In this document: positions 28,426 through 39,312 of the stretch, one piece after another
Position numbering within the stretch: position 1 is the stretch's first letter
How the letters are laid out: each line of letters starts with the position of its first letter
Assembly (NCBI GenBank): GCA_034520965.1
Contig: JAXHMY010000001.1
Span: forward strand, 160,001-224,000
Source of the DNA: Spirochaetia bacterium
GTDB lineage: Bacteria; Spirochaetota; Spirochaetia; DSM-16054; Sediminispirochaetaceae
Length of the DNA stretch: 64,000 bases
Direction: 5' to 3'
The notes under the pieces: model-generated
Database searches by the model: none
The model's input: only the letters and a program-made list of their open reading frames with translations
Told to the model about the DNA's origin: nothing
Made by a program: the position numbers and the translations under genes

Positions 28426-29053
28426 GGCGCTCCTCCTCCTTTTTTTCGAGTCGGTCCTTGACCATTTTCATCAATACAAACATATCCCGCTCGTTCTCCT
28501 CCAGCCGGTTATTGATGTATGCAACGGTCTCCTTCAGATCCGGAATGGCGATTTTCTCCAGAGCGTTCACCTTCCGTATTGTCTTTTTGACCTCCAAAGC
28601 TAAACGCATGATGGAGACCTTCAGTTCCGCAAGCCTTCCCATCATCTCCAGGGCCTGCTGAAACTCCTGCAGCGCCCCGTCTACCCAATAGCTGGTATCG
28701 GAGGGGCTGAAATAGGGGGGGTGCTCGGAAAAATCGGTGTCCACCACCGGCAGCTGCACCCCCATCACTCTCCGCTGCTTTATTTTTATACTGGATTCAA
28801 TATTTATAACCCGGCTGATGTGAGCAACCTTTAATTTACCCATATCGATGCTGGCCTGCTTCAGAGCTGCATAGGCATCGGCCAGGGCTTTCTCAACTCG
28901 GCTCTGATAATCAACCGCCTGGTCAACCAGGTTCAGCAGTTCCAGTATCAGAATATTGCGCTTCTGATCCAGCAGTTCGTAGCCCAGCTCGGCAAATTTA
29001 AGCTCGTCTTTCAGCTTGAGAAGACTTGATTTTGTCGGCGCTACATTACGCAT
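28406..29053 (-). CDS. ntpD: V/A-type ATP synthase subunit D
   Basis: PTKSSL, GYELLDQKR, KTIRKVNALE. Confidence 0.95.
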   Translation of the reverse strand: MRNVAPTKSSLLKLKDELKFAELGYELLDQKRNILILELLNLVDQAVDYQSRVEKALADAYAALKQASIDMGKLKVAHISRVINIESSIKIKQRRVMGVQLPVVDTDFSEHPPYFSPSDTSYWVDGALQEFQQALEMMGRLAELKVSIMRLALEVKKTIRKVNALEKIAIPDLKETVAYINNRLEENERDMFVLMKMVKDRLEKKEEERHGRADT

Positions 29054-29059
29054 AATAGT

Positions 29060-30457
29060 CTATCCTTCGTAGTACTTCTCCAGCTCTTCATCGGTGACCC
29101 TGTGCAGCTCCTCAGTCGGCAGTTTCCGCAGTACTTCCCATCCGAGATTCAAAGTCTCTTCAATGGTACGATCCTCGTCTACCGCCTGGGACACAAACTG
29201 TCGTTCAAAGGCCTCTCCAAATTCCATGTACTTGTGATCGAGGGGAGTCAACTCCTCCTCCCCTATCACTGAGGCCAGGTTACGCACATCCTTCACGTAA
29301 CTGTACGCGGCAAACAGCTGGCTGGCCAGGTGGGGATGATCTTCGCGGGTCATATCTCCGCCAATACCGTCTTTCATCAGGCGGGAAAGGGAGGGCAGCC
29401 CCGCGACCGGCGGGTAGATATTGCGGCCGTTCATTTCCCGTTCAAATACAATCTGTCCCTCCGTAATATATCCGGTCAGGTCGGGAATCGGGTGGCTGAT
29501 ATCGTCGTTCGGCATAGTGAGTATCGGCAGCTGAGTAATAGATCCTGAACGGCCCTCTATCATCCCGGAGCGCTCATAGAGCTCAGCCAAATCGGAATAG
29601 AGATAGCCCGGGTAACCCTTTCGGGAGGGAATTTCGCCGCGGAGGGTGGAAACCTCCCGCAGAGATTCACAGTAATTGGCCATATCGGTCATTATAACCA
29701 ATACGTGCATTCCCTTGTCAAAAGCCAGATACTCAGCCAGGGTCAAGGCCGAACGGGGAGTTATCAGCCTTTCTATAGATGGATCATCCGCCAGAGAAAG
29801 AAACAGGGCCACATTCTCAAGCACCCCGGAACTCTCGAAGGAGTCGATAAAGTAGCGGGCAACATCGTGCTTTACCCCCATTGCGGCAAACACAACGGCA
29901 AAGTTACTCTCGCCACCCCGGATCTTTGCCTGGCGGGTAATTTGGGCGGCCAACTCGTTGTGGGGCAAACCGTTGCCTGAGAAAATCGGCAGTTTCTGTC
30001 CCCGGATAAGAGTATTCATCCCGTCAATGACCGAAATGCCGGTCTGGATAAAATCGCGGGGATACAAGCGGGCAGTCGGATTAACCGGCGAGCCGTTTAC
30101 ATCCCGCTCCTCCTCTCCAACCGGCGCCGGACCATCATCAATCGGCACCCCCAGGCCGTTAAAGACCCGCCCAAGCATGCCCTCGCTCACCTCCAGCGAG
30201 AGGGGCTCACCGCGAAATCGCACCCGGGTAGAGGGCATGGTAAGCTCGGTGGTACCCTCAAACACCTGCACTACAACCACATCCTCGGAGGTGTCCAGCA
30301 CCTGCCCCAAACGGGTATGGCCGGTTTTATCAACCACCTCCACCAATTCCTGATACCCCACCGGATGGGTCTTGCGCACATAGACCAGGGGGCCGTCGAT
30401 CTTATCCACCCCCACATATTCGCGGCCCGCTAACAGGCTTCTATCACTACTCTTCAT
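29060..30457 (-). CDS. ntpB: V/A-type ATP synthase subunit B
   Basis: [39 protein letters not shown]. Confidence 0.97.
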   Translation of the reverse strand: MKSSDRSLLAGREYVGVDKIDGPLVYVRKTHPVGYQELVEVVDKTGHTRLGQVLDTSEDVVVVQVFEGTTELTMPSTRVRFRGEPLSLEVSEGMLGRVFNGLGVPIDDGPAPVGEEERDVNGSPVNPTARLYPRDFIQTGISVIDGMNTLIRGQKLPIFSGNGLPHNELAAQITRQAKIRGGESNFAVVFAAMGVKHDVARYFIDSFESSGVLENVALFLSLADDPSIERLITPRSALTLAEYLAFDKGMHVLVIMTDMANYCESLREVSTLRGEIPSRKGYPGYLYSDLAELYERSGMIEGRSGSITQLPILTMPNDDISHPIPDLTGYITEGQIVFEREMNGRNIYPPVAGLPSLSRLMKDGIGGDMTREDHPHLASQLFAAYSYVKDVRNLASVIGEEELTPLDHKYMEFGEAFERQFVSQAVDEDRTIEETLNLGWEVLRKLPTEELHRVTDEELEKYYEG

Positions 30458-32222
30458 AGAGAGACTCCAATCTGTCGAATGATCGTTCTAGACGGGCCTG
30501 CAGTTTGTCGAAAGAGGCCTCATCGTCGTTTTCGATGTTGAACTTCATCTTTACCAGGTCTTGCACCACCTTCATTTTACGGAGCCGGACAATGGTGGCC
30601 CCCTGCTTGATGGCATCCCGCCCCTTGCGCCAATAGGTAAGAATCAGTTCCAGCATGCGGGCCTGCTTCATAACTGTGGAATAACGGTCCACATCGTCAA
30701 ATGCATTCTGCTGTAGAAAGCCGTTTTTAAATAAACTGCAGACTTCTATAACAAAACGCTGACTGTCGGGAAGGGCATCAGGTCCTACTAACTTTACCAC
30801 CTGCTGCAATCGTACCTCCCGCTGGAGCAGATCCATAATCTCACGCCGGTCTTCGGCCCACTGCTCGCCCGCCTGCTGCGTCCAATAGCCGATAATATCG
30901 TTGATGTACTCGGAATAACTCTCTAACCATCCAATAGCCGGATAGTGACGGGCGTTGGCCAGCTGCCGGTCCAGAGCCCAAAAACAGCGAACAAAGCGCT
31001 TGGTATGCTGGGTTACCGGCTCGGAAAAATCGCCCCCCGGAGGCGAAACAGCCCCGATAATCGAGACCGAACCCTCTCTGTCCGAGAGGGTATTCATAAT
31101 ACCCGCCCGCTCGTAAAACTCCGCAACCCGGGTGGGAAGGTAGGCGGGAAAACCCTCTTCCGCCGGCATCTCTTCCATCCGTCCCGAGAGCTCACGCAGG
31201 GCCTCCGCCCAGCGGCTGGTTGAGTCGGCCATAATAGCCACATGGTAGCCCTGGTCGCGGTAATACTCCGCCAGGGTCACTCCGGTATAAATACTGGCCT
31301 CCCGGGCTGAGACCGGCATGTTGGAGGTATTGGCAATTAGAATAGTCCGTTCCATCAGACTGGTACCGGTACGCGGGTCGACCAGTTCGGGGAACTCGGT
31401 CAGCACATCGGTCATCTCGTTCCCCCGCTCACCGCAGCCGATATACACAATGATGTCCGCATCGCACCATTTGGCAATGGCATGTTGGGTCATGGTTTTA
31501 CCGGTACCGAAGCCCCCGGGAATTGCCACGGTACCCCCCTTCGAAAGGGGAAACAGGGTATCAATAACACGTTGGCCGGTAATCAGTGGAGTGGTCAGGG
31601 GCATCCGTTGGGCAGTTGGTCGCGGGTTTCGGATAGGCCAGCGCTGCATCATCGTCAGTGTATGTTCCTTACCCGCCGCGTCCTCAAGCACTGCGATCTC
31701 ATCGCTCACCGTATACTCGCCCTCAGGAGCAAGCGACTTCAGTGTTCCGGAGAGCAGCGGGGGCACAATTATACGGTGTTCCACCCGCTCGCTCTCCTGA
31801 ACGCTCCCCAGAACCTGGCCACCCTTTACCTGGGCACCTGCTTCAAGCTCCGGCACGAAATGCCACTCTTTCTCCCGCTGCAGGGCCGGCTCTTCTTCAC
31901 CGCGCTCTATAAAAGCGCCGCTTCGCTCCTTCAGCCGTACCAGGGGACGCTGAATACCGTCGTAGATCTGTCCCATCAGGCCGGGCCCCAACTCAACCGA
32001 CAGGGGCATACCGCTGCCGTAAATCGGGTCCCCCGGAGCAATACCCGTGGTACTCTCATATACCTGTATAGTAGCATGGGTTCCGGACAATTTGATTATC
32101 TCGCCTACCAAACCGACATCTCCGACATGGATCAACTCCATCATCATTGCGTCGCTTATGTCGCGAGCCTCAATTACCGGCCCGTTTACCCTCTGTACTG
32201 TTCCAACTACCCGTTCACTCAT
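30447..32222 (-). CDS. ntpA: V/A-type ATP synthase subunit A
   Basis: [37 protein letters not shown]. Confidence 0.97.
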   Translation of the reverse strand: MSERVVGTVQRVNGPVIEARDISDAMMMELIHVGDVGLVGEIIKLSGTHATIQVYESTTGIAPGDPIYGSGMPLSVELGPGLMGQIYDGIQRPLVRLKERSGAFIERGEEEPALQREKEWHFVPELEAGAQVKGGQVLGSVQESERVEHRIIVPPLLSGTLKSLAPEGEYTVSDEIAVLEDAAGKEHTLTMMQRWPIRNPRPTAQRMPLTTPLITGQRVIDTLFPLSKGGTVAIPGGFGTGKTMTQHAIAKWCDADIIVYIGCGERGNEMTDVLTEFPELVDPRTGTSLMERTILIANTSNMPVSAREASIYTGVTLAEYYRDQGYHVAIMADSTSRWAEALRELSGRMEEMPAEEGFPAYLPTRVAEFYERAGIMNTLSDREGSVSIIGAVSPPGGDFSEPVTQHTKRFVRCFWALDRQLANARHYPAIGWLESYSEYINDIIGYWTQQAGEQWAEDRREIMDLLQREVRLQQVVKLVGPDALPDSQRFVIEVCSLFKNGFLQQNAFDDVDRYSTVMKQARMLELILTYWRKGRDAIKQGATIVRLRKMKVVQDLVKMKFNIENDDEASFDKLQARLERSFDRLESLYEE

Positions 32223-32862
32223 CACTTGGCTCCATGCGTTGATAGATCATTCTACGTATCACTGTGGAATAGCGATCCAACCGTGCTTCGGCCGTATTGT
32301 TGAAGGCCAAACGGCCTTCACGGGCGGTTAGAATAACACCCTGCTTCTGTAAAGGGGGCTGATCGGTCCGCTCGATTTTTACCGAGCGCCCCGTCATAGA
32401 TTTCACCTCCGCCTCCGCCTCGCGCAACAGCCCGTCGGTAATCAACTCCAGTTCCTGCTCCGATGCGTTTACTTTCAGCGCATCCTCCGCAAGACCGATC
32501 GCCCCTTCAACAATCCAGCCCTTCAAAATAGAACGGTAATCCGAGCGTTCGGTCAAAGCCTGCAGTTTCTCTTTGACCCGCCCCATTGCCTTGCTAAACA
32601 ACTCCTCCTGGGCTTTCAGGAGGAGCTTACGCTGCTCGGCCTCAATGGCTTGGGCATTCTTCTTCAGAATCCCCTCGGCCTGTTTCCGGCCTTTCTCCTC
32701 CGCATCCCGGCGGATAGACTCGGCCTTCTTCCGACCGCCCTCAACTATCTCCTTGGCTTGGCGCTCTGCATCCTCGCTAATCTTTTTTACTTCAGCCTCG
32801 ACCTGCTCCGATATTCCAGATAGCAGAGAAGTATTCTGCGACTCTTTACTCTTTTCAGGCAT
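32215..32862 (-). CDS. ntpE: V/A-type ATP synthase subunit E
   Basis: N-terminal coiled coil, GVIL..GRLAFNNT; operon position. Confidence 0.85.
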   Translation of the reverse strand: MPEKSKESQNTSLLSGISEQVEAEVKKISEDAERQAKEIVEGGRKKAESIRRDAEEKGRKQAEGILKKNAQAIEAEQRKLLLKAQEELFSKAMGRVKEKLQALTERSDYRSILKGWIVEGAIGLAEDALKVNASEQELELITDGLLREAEAEVKSMTGRSVKIERTDQPPLQKQGVILTAREGRLAFNNTAEARLDRYSTVIRRMIYQRMEPSDE

Positions 32863-32875
32863 CTCTGCACCCCCG

Positions 32876-33181
32876 TTATAAATTAATCCCGATCGCCTGG
32901 TTTACCATTTCCCGCAAAGTCGGTCTCCCCTCCAGCGGTCCCTGGCGATCCGGAATCTCTACGATCAGGGGAAAGGATTGGGAAAACACATAACGATCTA
33001 CTTGCCGGCGTATAAGCTCGGCGACCGGTTCGGTAATGATCACGATTCCCACCTGGCGGTCGTTCAAAGCCTCTTGAAGGGCAGATTGAGCTTCTTCGGC
33101 GTTTTCAGCCACCCGCCCCTCAACTCCGACCATACCAAAGCCGAGCACCGCATCATCTCCGCCGATCATAAAATACTTCAT
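32876..33181 (-). CDS. ntpF: V/A-type ATP synthase subunit F
   Basis: IGGDDAVLGFGMVGV, PLIVEIP, AIGINL. Confidence 0.92.
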   Translation of the reverse strand: MKYFMIGGDDAVLGFGMVGVEGRVAENAEEAQSALQEALNDRQVGIVIITEPVAELIRRQVDRYVFSQSFPLIVEIPDRQGPLEGRPTLREMVNQAIGINL

Positions 33182-33184
33182 GCC

Positions 33185-33559
33185 CTAGAATTTACCCAAT
33201 ATCATAAGCGCGGTGATAAAACCAAATACCACCAGCCCTTCTGCCAGCGCAATAAAAATCAAGGCCTGGCTGGCCAGTTCCGGCTTCTCACCGATAGTTC
33301 CCATCGCCGCCGAACCAACGTTGGCAATCGCAATACCGGCGCCAATAGCACCCATACCGAAGGCGATCGCCGCAGCGATCAAACCGAATTTCATTACCCC
33401 CGCCTCTTCAGCGCTTATCACCTTTTCCTGCTGAGCGGTCTCGGTTTCCTGGGCAAAGGTATTTGATGCAAACACCAAGCTGGCAAAGGCCATCACGATC
33501 AGCATAACAATCAAACTTATCCGCAGACGGGATACAAACCAGCGTTTTTCTTTTTCCAT
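33185..33559 (-). CDS. ntpK: V/A-type ATP synthase subunit K/c (single hairpin with N-terminal leader)
   Basis: GAIGAGIAIA..EKPEL..IALAEGL. Confidence 0.93.
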   Translation of the reverse strand: MEKEKRWFVSRLRISLIVMLIVMAFASLVFASNTFAQETETAQQEKVISAEEAGVMKFGLIAAAIAFGMGAIGAGIAIANVGSAAMGTIGEKPELASQALIFIALAEGLVVFGFITALMILGKF

Positions 33560-33584
33560 TTCAGTAACTCCTTATCGCTATTAA

Positions 33585-33646
33585 GAAAATAGCCGAATAC
33601 GGCTATTTTCGTCGTTTCGCTTGCCGCGAAGCGGCATGCGAAACTA
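33585..33646. repeat. Double-hairpin intergenic element, copy 2
   Basis: GAAAATAGCCG-aata-CGGCTATTTTC, then GTTTCGC-t-TGCCGC-gaa-GCGGCA-t-GCGAAAC; homologous to 5324-5386. Confidence 0.85.
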
Positions 33647-33674
33647 CATGTATATTTCTCATCCTCCCGCGTCC

Positions 33675-35894
33675 TTACTCCGAACGCAGAGAAATGGGAG
33701 CATACGCTCTTCCGTTGCCGGCAAAGTATTTTGAGAAAAACTCATAATAGTTCAACCTGAGAGACTGGATGCCGGCCGACAGCCCCTCTAATCCAATTAC
33801 CAATGCATTTCCCAGCAGCAAAATTAAATAGGACCACACCGTAAAATTCCCGTTGGAGGCGGCCATCTCCGCAATCTGAAAGAAGGCCATCATTAAACTT
33901 ACGTGGGCAATTCCGAGACCGGCGACACGCATAAAGGAGAGGGTGTTCGATAAATAGCCGGAGAAGATCTCCAACAGCTCAACCAGCCACTCCATAATCA
34001 TATCCAGCACATTCACCGAATGACGCTGATCCGGCGGCAGCCTTCGATTGTGTCGGGCATGCTCCAGTACCGGCTTCGCAGCCAATAAGAGTACAGGAAG
34101 ACCTAAAAAGACCAGCAATACCGGTCCCTCCGGCAGTTCCTTATAGTCATGCCCGGCAAAGTAAAAGGCAGTATACGTCCCGGCGGCATATATCCAGCCG
34201 ACCAACAGGCCTCCATTGCCCCACACCAGTCCAAACCAGTCACGCCTGCGGATGCGGTTCACCCAGTTTATGAGCAATCCGGTGGCAATCACCGCAATAC
34301 CAAAAAAAATCGTCAGAAGCAGAATATCGGACATCGTTTTTACGCTGCCCGCCCCGCCTTCATGGCCGGCCACAATCCCGTGATAATCAAACCACAACGG
34401 CGGCAGCAGAGAGGTTCCGAAGTAGGAGCCGAACAAAGCCCCGCTGACAATTGCCGCAGCCCCGCAGTAACTGATCAGGGGATAGATCATGGTCTTTTTC
34501 CCCCGTTTACGCGACCTCCGGTCGCCGATTAATCCAACCAGCAGGACCACCGCACCGTGGCCCACATCGCCAAACATCAGAGCAAACATCGCCAGGTAAA
34601 ACACCGCAACCATTGGAGTCGGATCAATCGACCCGTAGGTGGGTATTCCGTAATTTTCTACCAGCGACTGAAAAGGCCGCAGGGCCTCAGGATTTTTCAT
34701 CTGCACCGGCACCTGTTTCGGTACCTCCGGGTCGCCCCCCTTATGGGGGGTATGCCACTCCAGATAACAGCGTCCCTCGGTGGCCTCCATCAGAGTTTTG
34801 GTCACCTCTTCTTTCTTTTCAGCCGGCAGCCAGCCGGAAAATAGATAGGTTCTTTCGGTTTTACGGTAGTAGCCTTGAATCGTGCGCAGCAGCTCGCGCA
34901 TGCGCAGTCCGGTCCACAGCCGTTCGAGGGTTTCCGAGCGGTCCTCTACGGTCCGGCTCAAGCCCTCGTGCAGTTCCTGCTGCTTATAGCGCAGCGATTC
35001 GAGTTTTGCATCTAACTCCTCTACCGGCAGGCGTGTTTTGCCTTGCCCGTCCCCGGAGTCCTCCTGGTACTGACGCTCTTCCCAGCCGTACTTCTCCAGC
35101 AGCCCCTCTACCCGGCTGTTGTCGCGCTTAAGGGTAATGAGGAAATCGATCGGCTCGCCACCTCCGGCAGAACTCGACTCGAAGCTGCGCCTTCCGCAGC
35201 TGCGCTCCCCTGCTCAGGCAGATACACCGAAGGAAGCTTAGCAATTTCTTTTTCGAAGGCTGCCCGGTTTTCCTTGGGCAGGACACCGGTGTGCACCGTA
35301 ATGTAGGCATGGGAACCCTTGGCCAAAACCGGGCCGCCGGCACCGGCACCACTCCTGCCTCCAGCCCTATCTTTAACTCCATCCTTTGCTCCAGCTCGGC
35401 CGCTACTCCCGGACCCGCTCCGGCCCGCGGAACGTCCACCCTCATCCGGCATCTGCCGGCGCAGCTCCTGAAGACGCAGAATCTCCTCCTGCACCTCCTT
35501 CTGTTTATCCCGGATCTTACGGAATTCGCCGCCGAGTTTATCTATCTCCCGCTCAGCCTCGGACAGATCCAGCGGCTCCTGGCCCTGCTCTTGGCCGGAC
35601 TCACTTTCCTTTCCGGCCGCCGACTGCCGCTGCCGGCTTTTCTTCATTCACCTTCGGCTGCGGGGTAAAGCCCACCGTCCGAAAGTAGGCATCCAGACGC
35701 AGCCGCAGTTCGCGGGCCTTTTCCCTGTCATCCACCGCCGGAACACGCTCCAATCGCGAAGTCCAGTCGGCGGGAATCTCGCGCACATCGATAAAATCGA
35801 TCACCCCCACCCTCAGCAGGGCTTCGGTGGCCGCTTCCATGTCGCTCTTCAGAACCGCAGCAACTAACTGCTGCATTGAAGTAGTAGTTATCAT
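33675..35894 (-). CDS. ntpI: V/A-type ATP synthase subunit I/a; N-terminal half split by several frameshifts
   Basis: SGWLP, YGIPTYGSIDPT, MFGDVGHG, SNTLSFMR, IQSLRLNYYEFF; N-terminal pieces in other frames from ATG 35894 (ATGA overlap with subunit C). Confidence 0.88.
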
Positions 35895-36955
35895 AACAGT
35901 TCCCGTATCCCCTCTTCGGAGAGGCCATAGTATTTTGCGTTGATAATACTGACCAGCTGCGAAATCTCTTTCCGTTTGAGAAACACATACGCCAGTATTG
36001 TTCCGATAGTAAAGGGGTACCCCCACAACAGACGCCGTACCTCATCGCTCAGAATCCGGCGCAGCAGGTTCTCAACCAGGCGCAATCGTTCGTAGGGATT
36101 GCTCTTATGCTCACTGGTAAAGCTTTTATAGCTGGAGTAGTGCTGAGTCAAAAGTATATTCAGGGCCTCCTCAGGGCCCTTCTGTCGAAAGGCTTCACGG
36201 AGCACATCAAACCCTATACTTCCCCCCGGCAGAAACACATTCCACGAGTGCCGTTTTTCCTTCCCGTAAAAGGAGACAAAGCGCACAATCCGGTCAATAT
36301 TCTCCAGATCAACCTCGACCTGAATCACCCGCTCGGCCACCCGCCTGTCCTGCTTCGAAAGTTGTGCGGTCTTATTCATAAGGGTGGTATAAAACAGGCT
36401 GTCCAGCTCCAGCTCAACGTAGAAGATCTGATGTTCGTTTTCGATACGGTCCAGATTGCGACTGAGAACCGCCTCGTAGGGGCTCCCGGCAACTGCATCC
36501 ACCAGCTTGCCCGAATCAGCGGCATTCAGAATACCGTCGATGTCAATGGAGTGAACTAAACGGCCGTGATACAGGTAGGAGGAAGGTTCGGTTTCCCTCC
36601 GGCCTCTGATGTTACGGTCGAACCAAAACCGCAGGGCGTTCTTCACCGTATCAACCTCGTACCGTAAAAGAAGGGCCTCCACAAAATCGGCGGAGGGTCC
36701 CTGCAGATACTGCAGCAGCTCCCGCACCGTCTCAATCTCGTGGCTATACAGGGCAAACTCCACCGCCCGCAGATCCCCGGTGGCCGCATACTGCTCTAGG
36801 TCCTTGGCGTACAGCGTCGACCCCAAAGCCGTCACTACCTCTTCAATACTGCTGCTTTTCATCAAATTGGAGAAATCGCGGTCCGAGAGCAACTGCCCAA
36901 GCCGGGAACGAATCTTCGCGTTTATAAAACCGTACGTTTTTAACTGTCCGGCCAC
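35891..36955 (-). CDS. ntpC: V/A-type ATP synthase subunit C/d
   Basis: YGFINAKIRS, EVDLENI, PFTIGTILAY. Confidence 0.92.
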   Translation of the reverse strand: MAGQLKTYGFINAKIRSRLGQLLSDRDFSNLMKSSSIEEVVTALGSTLYAKDLEQYAATGDLRAVEFALYSHEIETVRELLQYLQGPSADFVEALLLRYEVDTVKNALRFWFDRNIRGRRETEPSSYLYHGRLVHSIDIDGILNAADSGKLVDAVAGSPYEAVLSRNLDRIENEHQIFYVELELDSLFYTTLMNKTAQLSKQDRRVAERVIQVEVDLENIDRIVRFVSFYGKEKRHSWNVFLPGGSIGFDVLREAFRQKGPEEALNILLTQHYSSYKSFTSEHKSNPYERLRLVENLLRRILSDEVRRLLWGYPFTIGTILAYVFLKRKEISQLVSIINAKYYGLSEEGIRELL

Positions 36956-36998
36956 AATTTACCCCTCTTTGCCCTCTATCCTTATCCTCAATCCGTGT

Positions 36999-37328
36999 CT
37001 ATTCCTCGCGCTGATACGCAGGGATAGTCAGATATTCCACAACCTCATCGGCAATAGCCTCAATACGCTCAGCCTTCTCGCGCTGCAGCTCCGCGGCCTC
37101 TTCCTGGGCCTTCTTCCGGGCCGCCTGAAATTCTTGTTGAGCCTTCTGCTGCGCCTCGCTCTGCATTTCGCGGATCCGCTCCTGTGCCTCGCGCCGTGCG
37201 TCCTCTACTATTTTCGAGCTCTCTTCCTCTGCCCTTTGGGTTTTTTCGGAAGCCTCCTCACGCGCATTCCTGACCGCCTCCCGGGCGCGCTCCTCTTCCT
37301 TCAGTACATTATCCACCGTCTCTTGCAT
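36999..37328 (-). CDS. V/A-type ATP synthase peripheral stalk subunit G/H
   Basis: E/A/R-rich coiled coil, first gene of the operon. Confidence 0.75.
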   Translation of the reverse strand: MQETVDNVLKEEERAREAVRNAREEASEKTQRAEEESSKIVEDARREAQERIREMQSEAQQKAQQEFQAARKKAQEEAAELQREKAERIEAIADEVVEYLTIPAYQREE

Positions 37329-37600
37329 AGCTACATTTATACCACACAGTGCAATAAGCGAAAAGAGGAGGGAAATAATATTATAAAAATGCAATCCCCC
37401 AGTCCCCCCTCCCGTGTCCAACCCCTGCAGCAACGGCCTCAGCGCAGCGGAATAAGAATCCCGGTCGGCGTGGGAAGAACGAAGTTTTCAGACAAAATCG
37501 GTATTAATTATCCATAAGAAAGCTGCAGTCAGCCGCCCGTGTTCGATACAGGAGGGAAACAAGAACGATCATATAAAAAGCGTACTTGCACTCAACCCTT

Positions 37601-38363
37601 TCAACTTTTCATTTGAATCTGCACCTCAGTGATATATTTCTCTGCATCCCGCTCGACAAACTGATCGATGATGTTGAAATTGATCTTTCGCTTTTCCAGC
37701 GAGATACCTCGATCCATCGCCTCGGCATAGAGCCGTGCAAAAGTCTTTTCAATCTGCTCATAGGGCCCAAGTGATAACCGCAGAAAAATTGCCGCTATCT
37801 ATGTTTTTTACCTGAACCCCTTCTCGCTCGATCGCTTCCTCTTCCCGAAGGTCCGGCAGAAAGGCCCCAAAGCTTTTTTCGCCATTTTCATAGAAAACGA
37901 CGGTTGGGTAGTAGTAGAAGTAGTCGGTGCCGTAGAGTATATCCTCTGATCCTATCGGGAGGTAATAACGGGTGGAAAACTGCTTTATGCACACATGGCT
38001 TGTGTCTATGCTCTCCATCTTTTCCTCGATGAAGCAGATCTTCCGCTGAATAACCTCGTCAATTCTTCGAAGTCGGTCCCACTCCTTGCGGATAACGGAT
38101 GACTGTTTTTTCAGCTGGTCAAGGGTGTAATGAATGTCCCGGGTATCCATGTACGATTGGATCTGCTCAAGCGAGTATCCCAGGTTTTTCAGATACCTGA
38201 TTGTGGCGAGCTTGTAAATCTGATCAAACTTGTATAGTCGGTAGCCGCTTTTTGCCTCACGACAGTAAGGCTTGAAGAGCCCCATCCTGTCATAATAATG
38301 AAGGGTCTGTACGTTCATATTAAAGAGTTCACTTATTTCACCAACACTGAGAACGTCTTTCAT
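37601..38363 (-). CDS. MerR-family regulator (BmrR/BltR-like, GyrI-like C-terminus); frameshifted near 37765-37790
   Basis: SVGEISELF..TLHYYDRMGLFKP..SGYRLY; continuation GPYEQIEKTF...YITEVQIQMKS to TGA at 37601. Confidence 0.85.
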
Positions 38364-38370
38364 TCAGTTG

Positions 38371-39312
38371 TTACCTTTTGCTCCTTATGTAGGGTATACC
38401 TAATGCAGAAGGCTCCCGGCTTTTACCCACGGCAAGAAAGAGTACTACCACCGTGATAACATATGGAAACATAGTAAAGAGTTGTGATGGTACAGGGATG
38501 CCGGAAGTTTGCATCCTGAACTGCAATGCCTCGGCCGCCCCAACGACGAGGGCAGCAAGCAGAATCCCCGGAGGATTCCGCCGCCCGAGGATAACCACCA
38601 CCAGGGCGATATACCCCTTCCCCGAGGTAATATTCTCCATAAAGAACCCAAGCAGGCCAAGGGTCAGATAGCTACCTGCCAAGCCCCCAAAAAATCCGTT
38701 TGCAATGGTTGAAAGGTAGCGAATACGGAACACATTAAGGCCTGCGCTGTCGGCTGCCTTAGGCTTTTCACCTACAGCGTGTAGATTAATACCCCACTCC
38801 GTTCGATTAATAAAAAACCAGGCGAAAAAAATTGCTACAAAGGTAAAATATACGAAAAGGTCTTGATTAAATAGTACAGGCCCTATGAGGGGAATATGCG
38901 ATAGGACCGGAATGGGAATCTTAGGAGAAACCGGGCATTCGGGCAGCGTCGTTGTCTTACCGAAAACAATAAGAAAAAGGAAGCTCGTAAGTCCCATAAT
39001 GAAAAAATTGAGTGCGAGTCCTGCTATTGTCTGGTTCACTTTGCAGTGGATACTAAGATAGGCATGGATACTACTTACCGCGATCCCGCCGGCAATGCCT
39101 GCACACACGCCAAGCAAGACGCTTTGCGTCATAAAAGCTATGATAAAGCTGAAAAAAGCTCCTGAAAGCATAATGGCCTCGAGGCCGATATTTAGTATAC
39201 CGCTTTTCTCTGAGAAGGTTTCACCTAACCCCGCTAAGGTTAGAGGCATAGCCATCCGCAATGTTGCAGAGAGGAAGGCTGTGAGGGTAGCAATCAGTCC
39301 TGTTTCTATCAT
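38371..39312 (-). CDS. Nucleoside/purine ABC transporter permease
   Basis: LAGLGETFSEKSGILNIGLE, AVGEKPKAADSAG, GKGYIAL. Confidence 0.9.
   Translation of the reverse strand: MIETGLIATLTAFLSATLRMAMPLTLAGLGETFSEKSGILNIGLEAIMLSGAFFSFIIAFMTQSVLLGVCAGIAGGIAVSSIHAYLSIHCKVNQTIAGLALNFFIMGLTSFLFLIVFGKTTTLPECPVSPKIPIPVLSHIPLIGPVLFNQDLFVYFTFVAIFFAWFFINRTEWGINLHAVGEKPKAADSAGLNVFRIRYLSTIANGFFGGLAGSYLTLGLLGFFMENITSGKGYIALVVVILGRRNPPGILLAALVVGAAEALQFRMQTSGIPVPSQLFTMFPYVITVVVLFLAVGKSREPSALGIPYIRSKR

Noticed and set aside
31482..32303. 273-aa plus-strand ORF
   Set aside because: Antisense to ntpA
34961..35894. Programmed frameshifting or a true split of subunit I
   Set aside because: Several shifts are needed, I saw no slippery heptamer with a stimulator, and unrelated genes show similar indels
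36609..37517. 302-aa plus-strand ORF
   Set aside because: Antisense to ntpC and the stalk subunit; its Leu/Phe richness mirrors E/K codons on the coding strand
37433..37600. Possible ncRNA or mobile-element remnant upstream of the ATPase operon
   Set aside because: No convincing structure, repeat or family motif recognised
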